Position numbers and translations under genes: made by a program. A stretch of DNA of 64,000 nucleotides from Terrimicrobiaceae bacterium (GTDB taxonomy: Bacteria; Verrucomicrobiota; Verrucomicrobiia; Chthoniobacterales; Terrimicrobiaceae), in contig JBIIPZ010000010.1 in assembly GCA_044342325.1 (NCBI GenBank), positions 16,540 to 80,539 on the forward strand. Reading direction: 5' to 3'. Shown one piece after another: positions 49,458 through 59,025 of this stretch. Below the pieces are notes generated by a model that made no database searches, was not told the origin of the DNA, and saw nothing but the letters and a program-made list of their open reading frames with translations. Position 1 is the first letter of the stretch, and each line of letters begins with the position of its first letter.

Positions 49458-50382
49458 AAGGGGCGCCTTCAGTTTGATTGAAATGCTGGTGGCCGTGGCC
49501 GTGTTTGCCATTTTACTCACGATTCTTGCCGGCTCCTACAGCGGCATTGAAAGAGCCATTTCCCAGACCAATGCCCGCCGCGAAGCCAATGCCACCGGCC
49601 GCGCCGCCCTGGAGTGGATAACCCGCGATCTCGAGCGCATCCGCCCGCCTGCCCCGGGCTTCATCTGGAGTGTCACCAGAAACACCAATACAAACCGGCC
49701 CGTCGCCACCCTCGGCTCCCAGTTCCTCATCGCCTCAAACCAGATCACCACCAACAAAAACCCCCATGCCGCCTTCTGGCAGGTGGCAAACGAGGAAGGC
49801 GCGGGACGCACAATGGCCATCGTCGGCTACTTCGTGCGCTGGATCACCGAGACCAACAACAGCATCCCCACGACGCGCCCCGTCCTCTGCCGCCTCTACA
49901 TAAACCAGACGAACGCCGCCTATCCATCGGGCCTCAATAGCGCCAACGGCACATGGCTCGACGACAACCTCCTCACCAACGCCCCCGGCAACGCGCCCTC
50001 CTACAGAGGCTGGTTCGCCGACAATATCCACTCCATCTGGTTCCGCGCCCTCGATGCAAACGGCGCCCCCATCTCCACCAACGCCTCGTCCAACGCCTTC
50101 TCCGCTGGATCCTTCGACTCCCGCCAAGGCTACCTCTCCGGCACCAACCGCATCATGGGCCCCGCCCTCCCCTCCTCTGTGGAAGTCGCCGTGATCGTGA
50201 TGAACCCCCAACGCCTCCAGGGAAACACCGACACCTACCCTGTGCTCTCGGGACTCGGCTCAAACCCTGCCAATTTCTGGAGCGATATCCAATCCGCCAT
50301 GAATGACACATCCATCCCGCCGCAGATTCGCGAATCCCTGCGCCTCTACTCCACACGCGTCCCAATCTCATATGCCAAATAA
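49450..50382 (+). CDS. Verru_Chthon cassette protein C-like pseudopilin
   Basis: GA-FSLIEMLVAVAVF, ITRDLE, HAAFWQ, VGYFVRW, FADNI, FDSR and LPSSVEV motifs. Confidence 0.78.
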   Translation: MNKRGAFSLIEMLVAVAVFAILLTILAGSYSGIERAISQTNARREANATGRAALEWITRDLERIRPPAPGFIWSVTRNTNTNRPVATLGSQFLIASNQITTNKNPHAAFWQVANEEGAGRTMAIVGYFVRWITETNNSIPTTRPVLCRLYINQTNAAYPSGLNSANGTWLDDNLLTNAPGNAPSYRGWFADNIHSIWFRALDANGAPISTNASSNAFSAGSFDSRQGYLSGTNRIMGPALPSSVEVAVIVMNPQRLQGNTDTYPVLSGLGSNPANFWSDIQSAMNDTSIPPQIRESLRLYSTRVPISYAK

Positions 50383-53300
50383 CCCCGAAGCCCGACCACC
50401 TTCGGCCGCCGCACCGCGACGGCCCACCTTGGCCTCCCGAGCCAGCGCCTTGCTGGTCACCCTCCTGCTTTTAACCATCGTCACCACGATTGTCGTTCTG
50501 ATGTTCCAAGCCGTCACGATCGACCGCCGACTGGCTGCGGATTTTCAAAAAGGCGTCCAAGCCCGCGCGATCTCGCAATTCGCCCTCGATGACGCCCTGC
50601 AGACACTCCAGAGCGCGCTGAACAACCTCGACGACCCCTTCGGCGCCACCACCGCAGCCACCAACTTCTGGGCCGTCGCCCCCGGCCGCATCGACCTCTT
50701 CTCCCTCGCCAGCGGTAGCTCACGGCCGCAGCGCACCGCCACCATCCCCCTCCACTCCGGCTACGACACCTCCAAGGAACTCGTGGACTTAAACTTCACC
50801 AACGCCTCCGGAAGCCGCGCCATCTGGCCAGGCGGCCTAGACATGCCGGTCAATTGGAAACCTGTTCTCAAAAACCCCTCCTCTGCCGCCAGTGCCACCA
50901 ACCCCATCGTCGGCCGCTATGCCTTCTGGGTCGATGACGAGAGCAGCAAGGTAAACATCAACACCGCCGACGGCACCGAACTCTACACCACCAACAGCTA
51001 CGGCGTCGGCACCCCCTCCTCCGTCCGCCTTCGTGCCATCCTCAGCACCCTCGGCACAAACGACATCAAGGCCATCTCCGCCGAAGCAATCAGCAACCAG
51101 TTCAGCGACCTCTCCGAAGTCGGCCGTCTCAATACAAACTACCTCGCCGCCGTCCGCTCCAACGCCTTCTTCCTCACCGAGTATTCCCGCAGCCCAGAGT
51201 TCAATATCTTCAACGAACCCAGGTTCCAACTCGCCAGCATGTGGGGGGGTAACAGAGCCTCCAATGGCATTACCGGCACCGGCACTGTGGGAACTCCTAC
51301 CAATTTTATCCCGGCATCCCCCCATAACCGGCTCCCCCTTGATTTCCGGCTATCCGCCTATTCCAACACTACGACTCTTGACGCCCAAAACTTTCCCGCA
51401 CGCTCGATCTACCCGACCCCGCTCCAGCTCACCAACACAAACCGCAGCAGCTTCTGGCCATATCTGCCAGCGCTCAACTGCGATACGCCTGCCTCAAGCG
51501 AACCAGGACGAAAGAGCGGCAGCCTCGCATCCCTGGCACAGATCACGAACGCAGTGGGTGCAACCAACAATTACGCGCTTCGCAGTTACAACAGCCAAGA
51601 GCGGTTTGCAGCGGCCCGGCGCTTAGCACTCTATCTGGTCGGGACCAATGCAAACATGCAACCAATAACCTGGCCCTTCGCAGACGCAAATTACTCAACT
51701 ACGAAATATGCACTTAGCCAGATCGACTCGATCATAGTCCAAGCCTTGGACAGGGTGAATCTCGCGGTTTACAATCAAACTCACTTTGCCGCGCCTCCCC
51801 TATTGGCTCCCTATGGCATTTTGGGCACCAACCCCGTAATCGGCCAAGGGAATTTCCCAAAACTCTGCGAGATGCTGTTCGAGTTCAATTGGGGGCGGAA
51901 AAGGTCGAACATTCCAGTCATAACAGGTAATTCGACTAATTGGATAACAGTCGATCCCGACGGATCACGCCTGACGGCGAAGCTCTGGCAGAAAGGCTTT
52001 GTCCCGGCCCACTACCTCAACCCGGTTGCCATCTCAACAAACACGCTAGTTCCCATGTCGGGGACTACGATCAACGGACTGCGTAAAAATTATGGGCCCT
52101 TGCTTCAATCATTCGACGTCGTGCCTTGGAATTATACTGTCGATCGAACTAACTTCAGCTTTTCCACAAATAACTTTCCGTCTAACACGCTCAACGGCTA
52201 CCCCGGCGGAGCCAGCTACTACGCCAGCCCATGGGTAACGGATAGTGCGATTTCCACTAATATCACCAACCCCTACATGAGTTATTGGGGCGACAACCTA
52301 CTACAGGCCGTCGATCAAAATGGTCTCTGCGCAGGCATTGATTTCCACCTGCACCCGTCCCAGTTGACTGATCCCGATCCGAGGAAGGCCATCTTCCGCA
52401 GAGAGGGAAAAGGCAGTTTTACACCTCCTAGCGGCAATACTAACTGGGGCGGCTCGGTCTGGGCCCAAGGAGGCAACGACGGAGGCTATTCGCTCCCAGC
52501 CGGAACGCTCGATTTCGGGAGCGCAGTAACCTTTCAGCAGCCGGGCTCCTACTCGGTCGTCAAGAACTATGGCCACCAATGGGCCCTCCCCTCGCGGGAT
52601 TTTTACAGCACCAATTTCATTGGAGGCGTTCCGCAGCCCCTGATTTCCAGTGGGCCTGCCGCCAGCACAGCCTATACGAACAAGGTCACCAGCTTCACAC
52701 TGCGCGGCGGCATCAATTACCGGGTCAACAGGAATGCCCTCGAAGGAATTTTGGAGATCGTGCCGCTCACCTCGCTCCAGGGGCCGGCCGGATGGTCGAC
52801 AAACTGCATGTTCAGCACGGCAATGCCCGACACAAACGCCGTCATCCCCTTCCCCTCCGGAGTCACCGTTAGCTCCACCACTCCGACGATGTATGTCTGG
52901 GCTTCTGTGGCCGATCCCCTGGTCAATAAATTTCCTGGCGACTGGACGGTCACAGCGAGCACCAATATTCCCGCCCACACAATGGGAACCCTCGGCAATT
53001 CCTGGGATCCCGGTCTCGGCTGGTATTACCCCTTGAATACGCCGAATGCCAGTTCCACCGATATGGCAGCCACTTGGGGCCCGATATCAACGATCCTGAG
53101 GTCAATATCAAGTGTGCCAAATAAGATGACTCTTTCGGCGAACACAATCACCAATACCATCTGCCCCACGCTCAACCTCCCCTCGGTCGGCTCGCTCCAA
53201 TACATCCGCACGAAGATGATTCCGCCCGATGATGCTGGAAACACCAACCGCGGCCAGCCCTTCCGCTGCCTTAGTTTTGCCGGAGCATCCGACGCCACCC

Positions 53301-54034
53301 AGAGCGGCATCCCGGATTGGGCGATGTTGGATCTGATGACCGTTCCGCAAGCCATCTACGACAAACCAGGCAACATCATGTTAAGCGGAGCCAGCAATGT
53401 CATTAACCTCACCTACGGTGGCGCCACCACCGGCAAGCTCAACCCGAACGGCAGCGCCCTCTTCCCCTGGGTCACTAATAGCGCAACCTACATCCGCCCC
53501 CAGCCCCTCACAGCCGTCTTCACCGACCTGCGCTACAATCTGGACGGCTCGACGAATTTCACGCCGCTAGCGACGAACCTCGCCTCCACGCTCGCCTCAA
53601 ATGTCGCCACCTACATCGCCGCCAACGGCCCCCTCTCCATGGCCGGCCAGATCTGCGACATCCCAGCCATCAATGCTTACGGAGCAGCCACCGTCAACCC
53701 CACACGCAACGACATCGTCAGCCAATCCATCGGACTTCTCGAAACGCGCAGCAGCGTCTTCTCCGTATGGGTCGCCGCACAAAGCATCGCAAAAAGACCT
53801 GCGAACACCGGCTATGGCGGCTTCGAACCGGGCGACTCCGTCCAGTCTGAGAAACGCTACCGCTTCACCGTGGAACGCTTCCTCGACCTCGGTGTGGACG
53901 GCGTCCCCGGCAACGCGAACTCCCCCGGCCCCGACAATGTTGTGGGAACATTGGATGACACAGTCGATGCCGTCTACAACCCACCCAACCCCAAATACAA
54001 ATACCGAATCATCAATGCACAAGAAATCCTCTAA
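50372..54034 (+). CDS. Verru_Chthon cassette protein A-like large PilX/GspK-type protein
   Basis: ALLVTLLLL signal lacking E5; NFWAVAPG, GRYAFWVDDESSKVNINTA, PDWAMLDL, GKLNPN, TRSSVFSV and VERFLD motifs. Confidence 0.8.
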   Translation: MPNNPEARPPSAAAPRRPTLASRASALLVTLLLLTIVTTIVVLMFQAVTIDRRLAADFQKGVQARAISQFALDDALQTLQSALNNLDDPFGATTAATNFWAVAPGRIDLFSLASGSSRPQRTATIPLHSGYDTSKELVDLNFTNASGSRAIWPGGLDMPVNWKPVLKNPSSAASATNPIVGRYAFWVDDESSKVNINTADGTELYTTNSYGVGTPSSVRLRAILSTLGTNDIKAISAEAISNQFSDLSEVGRLNTNYLAAVRSNAFFLTEYSRSPEFNIFNEPRFQLASMWGGNRASNGITGTGTVGTPTNFIPASPHNRLPLDFRLSAYSNTTTLDAQNFPARSIYPTPLQLTNTNRSSFWPYLPALNCDTPASSEPGRKSGSLASLAQITNAVGATNNYALRSYNSQERFAAARRLALYLVGTNANMQPITWPFADANYSTTKYALSQIDSIIVQALDRVNLAVYNQTHFAAPPLLAPYGILGTNPVIGQGNFPKLCEMLFEFNWGRKRSNIPVITGNSTNWITVDPDGSRLTAKLWQKGFVPAHYLNPVAISTNTLVPMSGTTINGLRKNYGPLLQSFDVVPWNYTVDRTNFSFSTNNFPSNTLNGYPGGASYYASPWVTDSAISTNITNPYMSYWGDNLLQAVDQNGLCAGIDFHLHPSQLTDPDPRKAIFRREGKGSFTPPSGNTNWGGSVWAQGGNDGGYSLPAGTLDFGSAVTFQQPGSYSVVKNYGHQWALPSRDFYSTNFIGGVPQPLISSGPAASTAYTNKVTSFTLRGGINYRVNRNALEGILEIVPLTSLQGPAGWSTNCMFSTAMPDTNAVIPFPSGVTVSSTTPTMYVWASVADPLVNKFPGDWTVTASTNIPAHTMGTLGNSWDPGLGWYYPLNTPNASSTDMAATWGPISTILRSISSVPNKMTLSANTITNTICPTLNLPSVGSLQYIRTKMIPPDDAGNTNRGQPFRCLSFAGASDATQSGIPDWAMLDLMTVPQAIYDKPGNIMLSGASNVINLTYGGATTGKLNPNGSALFPWVTNSATYIRPQPLTAVFTDLRYNLDGSTNFTPLATNLASTLASNVATYIAANGPLSMAGQICDIPAINAYGAATVNPTRNDIVSQSIGLLETRSSVFSVWVAAQSIAKRPANTGYGGFEPGDSVQSEKRYRFTVERFLDLGVDGVPGNANSPGPDNVVGTLDDTVDAVYNPPNPKYKYRIINAQEIL

Positions 54035-54626
54035 TCCGCTCCAGCATATATTTCTCCTTACGACCGCCTGCCTACTGGCTTTATCAGGCGCTGGCCTCTC
54101 TCAGGAACCGCCGCCCTCGAAGGCGCAATCCCCGCAGCATCCCGTTCGGATCGCGACCGATTGCGCGGGCATCGTGGCCTCCATCTGGGAGATCAGCCGT
54201 TTATCTGAGAACCGCCTGCTCATCGATTGCGGCTTTGACAATCTCTCAGCAAAGCCCGCATTCCTGGCTGCCAACATTCGCAAAGTAAAACAGCCAGGCA
54301 TCGACGGAGGACCCTCAACCGAAGGGTCGGAATTCGAACCCTACAACATCTCGGCTGGCGCGATCCTCACCGATGAGCGAACGGGGCTCACCTACAAAGC
54401 CTTCCCCAGCGGCCCAGCCTCCTCCGGCTTTGGGTTTCGCCCCGGAGATGGCACCGCCTTCAGCGTCACCTTCCCCGCCCCTCCCCCACCTCCTCCACCA
54501 GAAAAACCCGATGCCAAACCAGAAAAGCAGACCGTCAGCATCAGACTTCCCCAAGTCAAAGAACCCTTCCGCAACATCGTCATCCCGCAAAACGAAGGCG
54601 AAGTCATCAAATTCCACCCCAACTAA
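54015..54626 (+). CDS. Secreted hypothetical protein with polyproline linker
   Basis: Overlaps the end of the cassette A gene; hydrophobic N-terminus; FPAPPPPPPPEK. Confidence 0.6.
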   Translation: MHKKSSNPLQHIFLLTTACLLALSGAGLSQEPPPSKAQSPQHPVRIATDCAGIVASIWEISRLSENRLLIDCGFDNLSAKPAFLAANIRKVKQPGIDGGPSTEGSEFEPYNISAGAILTDERTGLTYKAFPSGPASSGFGFRPGDGTAFSVTFPAPPPPPPPEKPDAKPEKQTVSIRLPQVKEPFRNIVIPQNEGEVIKFHPN

Positions 54627-54745
54627 CCCGCGCGGCAGCGCGCTTCGAAAACCTGGGAGGGGCATCGTCCTCGCATGTCCCAAACTTCAGCCGCCCTCCA
54701 GCTCATAGAGCATACGGGTCGGAGAGAGGCGGCGTTTCTGCTGTT
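54627..54745. repeat. Mosaic REP-like spacer G
   Basis: Matches 35016-35125 and carries a 32-bp variant of the mini-insert. Confidence 0.8.
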
Positions 54746-54817
54746 TGCCGCGCCACCCGCCCTCATAAGATAAGGATTTGCGCCATGTAGATTGGCACTC
54801 GCCCGCCGCGAAACGCT

Positions 54818-55672
54818 TCATCGTGCATCAGGAGGGGATACGGTAGCCTGCCGTGGCGTTTTACCTGTCAGTTTTTTGAAGGTTTTGGCGAAATGAAATT
54901 CGTCGTGAAAACCAAGCATCTCGGCCAGTTCCTTGTTGGTGAAACGATGCCGGGCGAGCAGTTGTCGAGCGCGTTCGATGCGCCGCACGAGGGCATAGCG
55001 GGCAGGCGGTTCGCCGGCGAGAGTGGCGAATTTTTTTCGAAAACTCTCGTAGCCCATGCCGCAAGCCTCGGCGATGGATCGCAGTGTTTTTTCATCATCC
55101 GCCGCCCCCCTCTCCAAAAGGTCCACCGCTTGGAGGAACCAAGCCGGACGCTGGTCTCTCGCGCCCTTGGCGCTGCGGTGTGCAAAAATGCGAGATAAAA
55201 TCTGCTGCCACATTGTCACGGCTTCCAGCATCGACTGGCCCGGTTGATTCAATTTCGAAAAGAAGGGCTGCAGTATCTCCAGTCCGATGCGCGGAGCCTT
55301 CCAGTGAAAGACGGGATTTCTCACATCGAAAAGCTCGGCGTCGCGCCAACTTTCAAAGACTGGGCCGCGAAAACAGACATACAGCTCGTTCCAAACTCCG
55401 CCAGGTTCAGGCCCGTAGGAGTGGGCCACTTCGGGAAAGACCAGAATCACATCGCCCGCGCGCAGTGGAACATCAATTCCCCGTGCATCGTGATAATTCC
55501 CACTTCCTGCCACCAAATACACAATAGCCCATTGTCCAAAAACACGCGGTTCATCTCGTCGGATGCCACGTGATTTCGAAATCGTGCCAGCAAGAGTTAT
55601 TTCACCAAGAGGAGATGTGCCTGCTGTCTGCACGAGCGAGGTTTTCCAGTGGGCAAGGCTTGGAATGCGCAT
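54818..55672 (-). CDS. AraC family transcriptional regulator
   Basis: Cupin N-terminus; IAEACGMGYESFRKKF and LAEMLGFHDEFHFAKTFKKLTGKTP. Confidence 0.92.
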   Translation of the reverse strand: MRIPSLAHWKTSLVQTAGTSPLGEITLAGTISKSRGIRRDEPRVFGQWAIVYLVAGSGNYHDARGIDVPLRAGDVILVFPEVAHSYGPEPGGVWNELYVCFRGPVFESWRDAELFDVRNPVFHWKAPRIGLEILQPFFSKLNQPGQSMLEAVTMWQQILSRIFAHRSAKGARDQRPAWFLQAVDLLERGAADDEKTLRSIAEACGMGYESFRKKFATLAGEPPARYALVRRIERARQLLARHRFTNKELAEMLGFHDEFHFAKTFKKLTGKTPRQATVSPPDAR

Positions 55673-55744
55673 TTCCCATTTATTACATAAAATATACCAC
55701 CAGCGCCATTCCTCTTTTTTTCCACCGTGTCAAAGTGATCCCGC

Positions 55745-56659
55745 ATGAAAACACTCGCCTCAGCACCCGTCATCAACCGCACACTCACATCCCTCGGTCA
55801 TGAACTCGAGATGGATGAGCATTCCTTCGGCTGGTTGGAGGATTCCTCTGCCCTCCGCAACGATCCTGCCGCCCTCCAGCAGCGCATGGATGAAAACGGA
55901 TACCTTTACATCAAAGGATTCTTCCCTGGAGAGGTTGTTCTCGAAGCCCGCAAGGCTCTCGTCGAGACACTCGCAAAGGATGGGATTTTTGAAGAAGGCC
56001 AACCTCTCATCGATGGCATCCTGAAAGAAGGCGTTCATCCCAAATTTCACACGACCGCCTGGAAAAACCAACCCGCCATCAACCGCGTCGTCTTCGGTCC
56101 CGAGGTGCATCAATTTTATACTGGCTTCCTCGGTGGAGCTATCCGGCACTTTGACTACATCTGGCTTCGCACGATGGGCTGCGGGCACGGAACCGCTCCC
56201 CATTGCGACATCGTTTACATGGGTCGTGGCACACATCGCCTCTACACCGCATGGATTCCCTACGGCGAAGTGCCACTGGAAGTCGGCGGACTCATGATCC
56301 TCGAAAAATCGCACCTGCAAGCCGACCGCATCCGCAATTATTTGAACTCGGATGTCGATACGAGCTGCACAAACATCCCGGGTCACGACGGCTGGAAGCA
56401 TAACGGACAGCTCACCAACAATCCCGTCTCACTGCGCCAGAAATTCGGTGGCCGATGGCTCACCTCGGAATTCGAACCCGGCGACCTGCTGACCTTCCGC
56501 ATGGACACCATCCACGGCAGCATCGACAACACGACACAGCGAATCCGACTCTCGACGGATACCCGCTACCAGCGTTCCGACGAACCTGTCGATGAACGCT
56601 GGGTTGGCGAAAACCCGATCGGGCATGGGCCGGATGCCAAGCTCGGCCGCATTTGCTGA
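55745..56659 (+). CDS. Phytanoyl-CoA dioxygenase (PhyH) family Fe/2OG dioxygenase
   Basis: PHCD (HxD), TAWIP, GGL, GDLL..., IHGS and RLSTDTRY motifs; divergent from AraC. Confidence 0.88.
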   Translation: MKTLASAPVINRTLTSLGHELEMDEHSFGWLEDSSALRNDPAALQQRMDENGYLYIKGFFPGEVVLEARKALVETLAKDGIFEEGQPLIDGILKEGVHPKFHTTAWKNQPAINRVVFGPEVHQFYTGFLGGAIRHFDYIWLRTMGCGHGTAPHCDIVYMGRGTHRLYTAWIPYGEVPLEVGGLMILEKSHLQADRIRNYLNSDVDTSCTNIPGHDGWKHNGQLTNNPVSLRQKFGGRWLTSEFEPGDLLTFRMDTIHGSIDNTTQRIRLSTDTRYQRSDEPVDERWVGENPIGHGPDAKLGRIC

Positions 56660-56860
56660 CCCTTCGAGAATCCGCCTCCAAACAAGGCGGCGCTCATTCA
56701 CACCGACAAAGAAGCAGCCAGATAATGATCTGCCTGTTTTTTTGAAACTCGTATGAAAAACTTCTGAAGCGAGTTCCGCCTCCCAACGACTGTGATTTGT
56801 TGATTTCTTAATATTCGTATCTCGTCTCCACGGCGAAGCACCTTGCTTCTGGACCACAAA

Positions 56861-56943
56861 TCGCCAAGAAAAGCGAAAACACGCAAGTCGTCATCAGAGA
56901 CGAATAAGATTGCTATAGCGATTCAACTCGGCATATTCGACGA
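56861..56943. promoter_or_regulatory. Three 16-bp palindromic operators (TCGnC-N6-RRCGA) upstream of the hipB-like gene
   Basis: TCGCCAAGAAAAGCGA 56861-76, TCGTCATCAGAGACGA 56888-903, TCGGCATATTCGACGA 56928-43. Confidence 0.55.
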
Positions 56944-56946
56944 TTT

Positions 56947-57300
56947 ATGAGGATTCACGCCCAACTGACCGATCAGAGTGTTCTGGAGGAATTGGGTGCG
57001 CGACTGGCCAGCACCCGACTGAGTCGAAACCTGACCCAAGCGTCGTTGGCGGAGCAAGCGGGCGTTTCCAAGCGAACAGTGGAGCGGCTGGAATCCGGGG
57101 AGGTGGCGACGCAGTTGTCGGGGTTTCTGCGGGTTTGCAGGGGGCTCGGGCTGGTGGATCATTTCGAGAGTTTGATTCCGGAGGCCGTGGCCAGCCCGAT
57201 GGAGCAATTAAAACGGCAGGGCGCAAAACGCCAGCGGGCCTCGGGCAGAAAGGCGGCGGCGAACGCGCCGAAACAATGGACATGGGGTGAGGCGTCATGA
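56947..57300 (+). CDS. hipB: XRE-family HTH antitoxin (HipB-like)
   Basis: RLSRNLTQASLAEQAGVSKRTVERLESG; coupled to hipA. Confidence 0.8.
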   Translation: MRIHAQLTDQSVLEELGARLASTRLSRNLTQASLAEQAGVSKRTVERLESGEVATQLSGFLRVCRGLGLVDHFESLIPEAVASPMEQLKRQGAKRQRASGRKAAANAPKQWTWGEAS

Positions 57301-58601
57301 TCGCGAAAGTGCAACTCTGGGGGCGAACGATTGGCGCGGTGTCACTCGAGGAGGGGCGCGAGGTGGCCGCGTTTCAATACGACGCGGATTTCGCGCGCAG
57401 CGGGATCGAGCTTTCGCCGCTGGTGATGCCGCTGGGGGAGCAGGTGTATCAATTTCCCGCGCTCTCGCGAAACACCTTCCATGGACTGCCTGGAATGCTG
57501 GCGGATGCGCTTCCAGACAAATTTGGTAATGCGCTAATTGATGCATGGCTAGCGACGCAGGGCCGGACGCCGGAGAGTTTCCATGCGGTGGAGCGACTCT
57601 GCTACACGGGCACGCGCGGCATGGGGGCGCTGGAGTTTTCCCCGGCACTGGGGCCGAAGCCCGGCAAGGCGGCAAAGATCAAGGTGGATGCGTTGGTGCG
57701 GTTGGCCGGCGAGGTGTTGACGCATCGCGGAGATTTGCAGGGTCATTTTCACACGGCGGGGCAAGAGAGGGCGTTGCGCGACATCCTCCGTGTGGGCACC
57801 TCCGCCGGCGGAGCGCGGGCGAAGGCGGTCATCGCGTGGAACCGGGAGACTAACGAGGTGCGGTCGGGGCAAATCGCGGCGGGCGAGGGCTTCGATTACT
57901 GGCTGCTCAAGTTCGACGGTGTCGCAGGCAACAAGGACAAGGAGCTGGAAGACCCTAAGGGCTACGGGGCGATCGAATATGCCTATCACCTGATGTCGAA
58001 GGCGGCGGGCATCACGATGAGTGAGTGCCGACTGCTGGAGGAAGACGGACGGCGGCATTTCATGACGCGCCGCTTCGATCGGCTAACGGGCGGAGGAAAA
58101 CTGCACATGCAGTCACTTTGCGCGCTGGCTCATTATGATTTCCAGCAGGCAGGAGCCTATTCCTACGAGCAGGCTTTGCTGGCGATCCGCCGGCTCAAGC
58201 TGCCGATGGCGGCGGTGGAGGAGCAGTTCCGCCGGATGGCCTTCAACATCGTGTCGCGGAATCAGGACGACCATGTAAAGAATATCGCGTTCTTGATGAA
58301 CCAGAGCGGTGAGTGGTCGCTCGCCCCGGCGTTCGATGTGACCTACAGCTACAATCCGTCAGGATCTTGGACATCCACACACCAGATGACACTGAATGGA
58401 AAGCGGGACGGCTTCACCATGGAGGATTTCGAAGCGTGCGCAAAATCGGCCTTGATGAAGCGAGGGCGGGCGGCGGCAATCATCGCGGAGGTCCAAGCGG
58501 CGGTGAGACGGTGGCCGGAGTTCGCCGCCGAGGCACGGCTTGACGATGAACGGCGCGACAAGATTCACAAAACCCACCGGCTGGAGTTTCCCAAGAAGTG
58601 A
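57297..58601 (+). CDS. hipA: HipA family Ser/Thr kinase toxin
   Basis: LADALPDKFG, GTSAGGARAK, WLLKFD, RRFDR, NQDDHVKN and LAPAFD motifs. Confidence 0.93.
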   Translation: MIAKVQLWGRTIGAVSLEEGREVAAFQYDADFARSGIELSPLVMPLGEQVYQFPALSRNTFHGLPGMLADALPDKFGNALIDAWLATQGRTPESFHAVERLCYTGTRGMGALEFSPALGPKPGKAAKIKVDALVRLAGEVLTHRGDLQGHFHTAGQERALRDILRVGTSAGGARAKAVIAWNRETNEVRSGQIAAGEGFDYWLLKFDGVAGNKDKELEDPKGYGAIEYAYHLMSKAAGITMSECRLLEEDGRRHFMTRRFDRLTGGGKLHMQSLCALAHYDFQQAGAYSYEQALLAIRRLKLPMAAVEEQFRRMAFNIVSRNQDDHVKNIAFLMNQSGEWSLAPAFDVTYSYNPSGSWTSTHQMTLNGKRDGFTMEDFEACAKSALMKRGRAAAIIAEVQAAVRRWPEFAAEARLDDERRDKIHKTHRLEFPKK

Positions 58602-59025
58602 GCCTCACTGAATCCATTTCCGATCTCGATCGAACCAGTTAGCTACGTAATCCCAAAAGCATTCATAACATGACTTTCAAAAACTCGGAAATGCTAGTGA
58701 GAAATATTTCAGTATTTAGTGTCACATTTGCAATGAATTCCTATTTTAAATTTTAATAGTTTTGATAATCTATTAAAGATTTTCGCTGCTCATAATAACC
58801 CGTATGGAATCATTATTCTGTCACGGAAGAGACCATGTGGTGACCCGACTGATCTGCCACGATGATAGGAATCGTGGGCTCAGAGCGACGTTGAAGCTTT
58901 TTTTCCGGTTCTTCTACTCATCCTTGCCCCCAAGGAACTCGGCAACCTTCTTGGGTTCGCCTTTCGGGTAAAGCGACCGCACAGGGGGGGGATCGTATCA
59001 ACCCCTCGCGATTTCAAAAAGGGGT

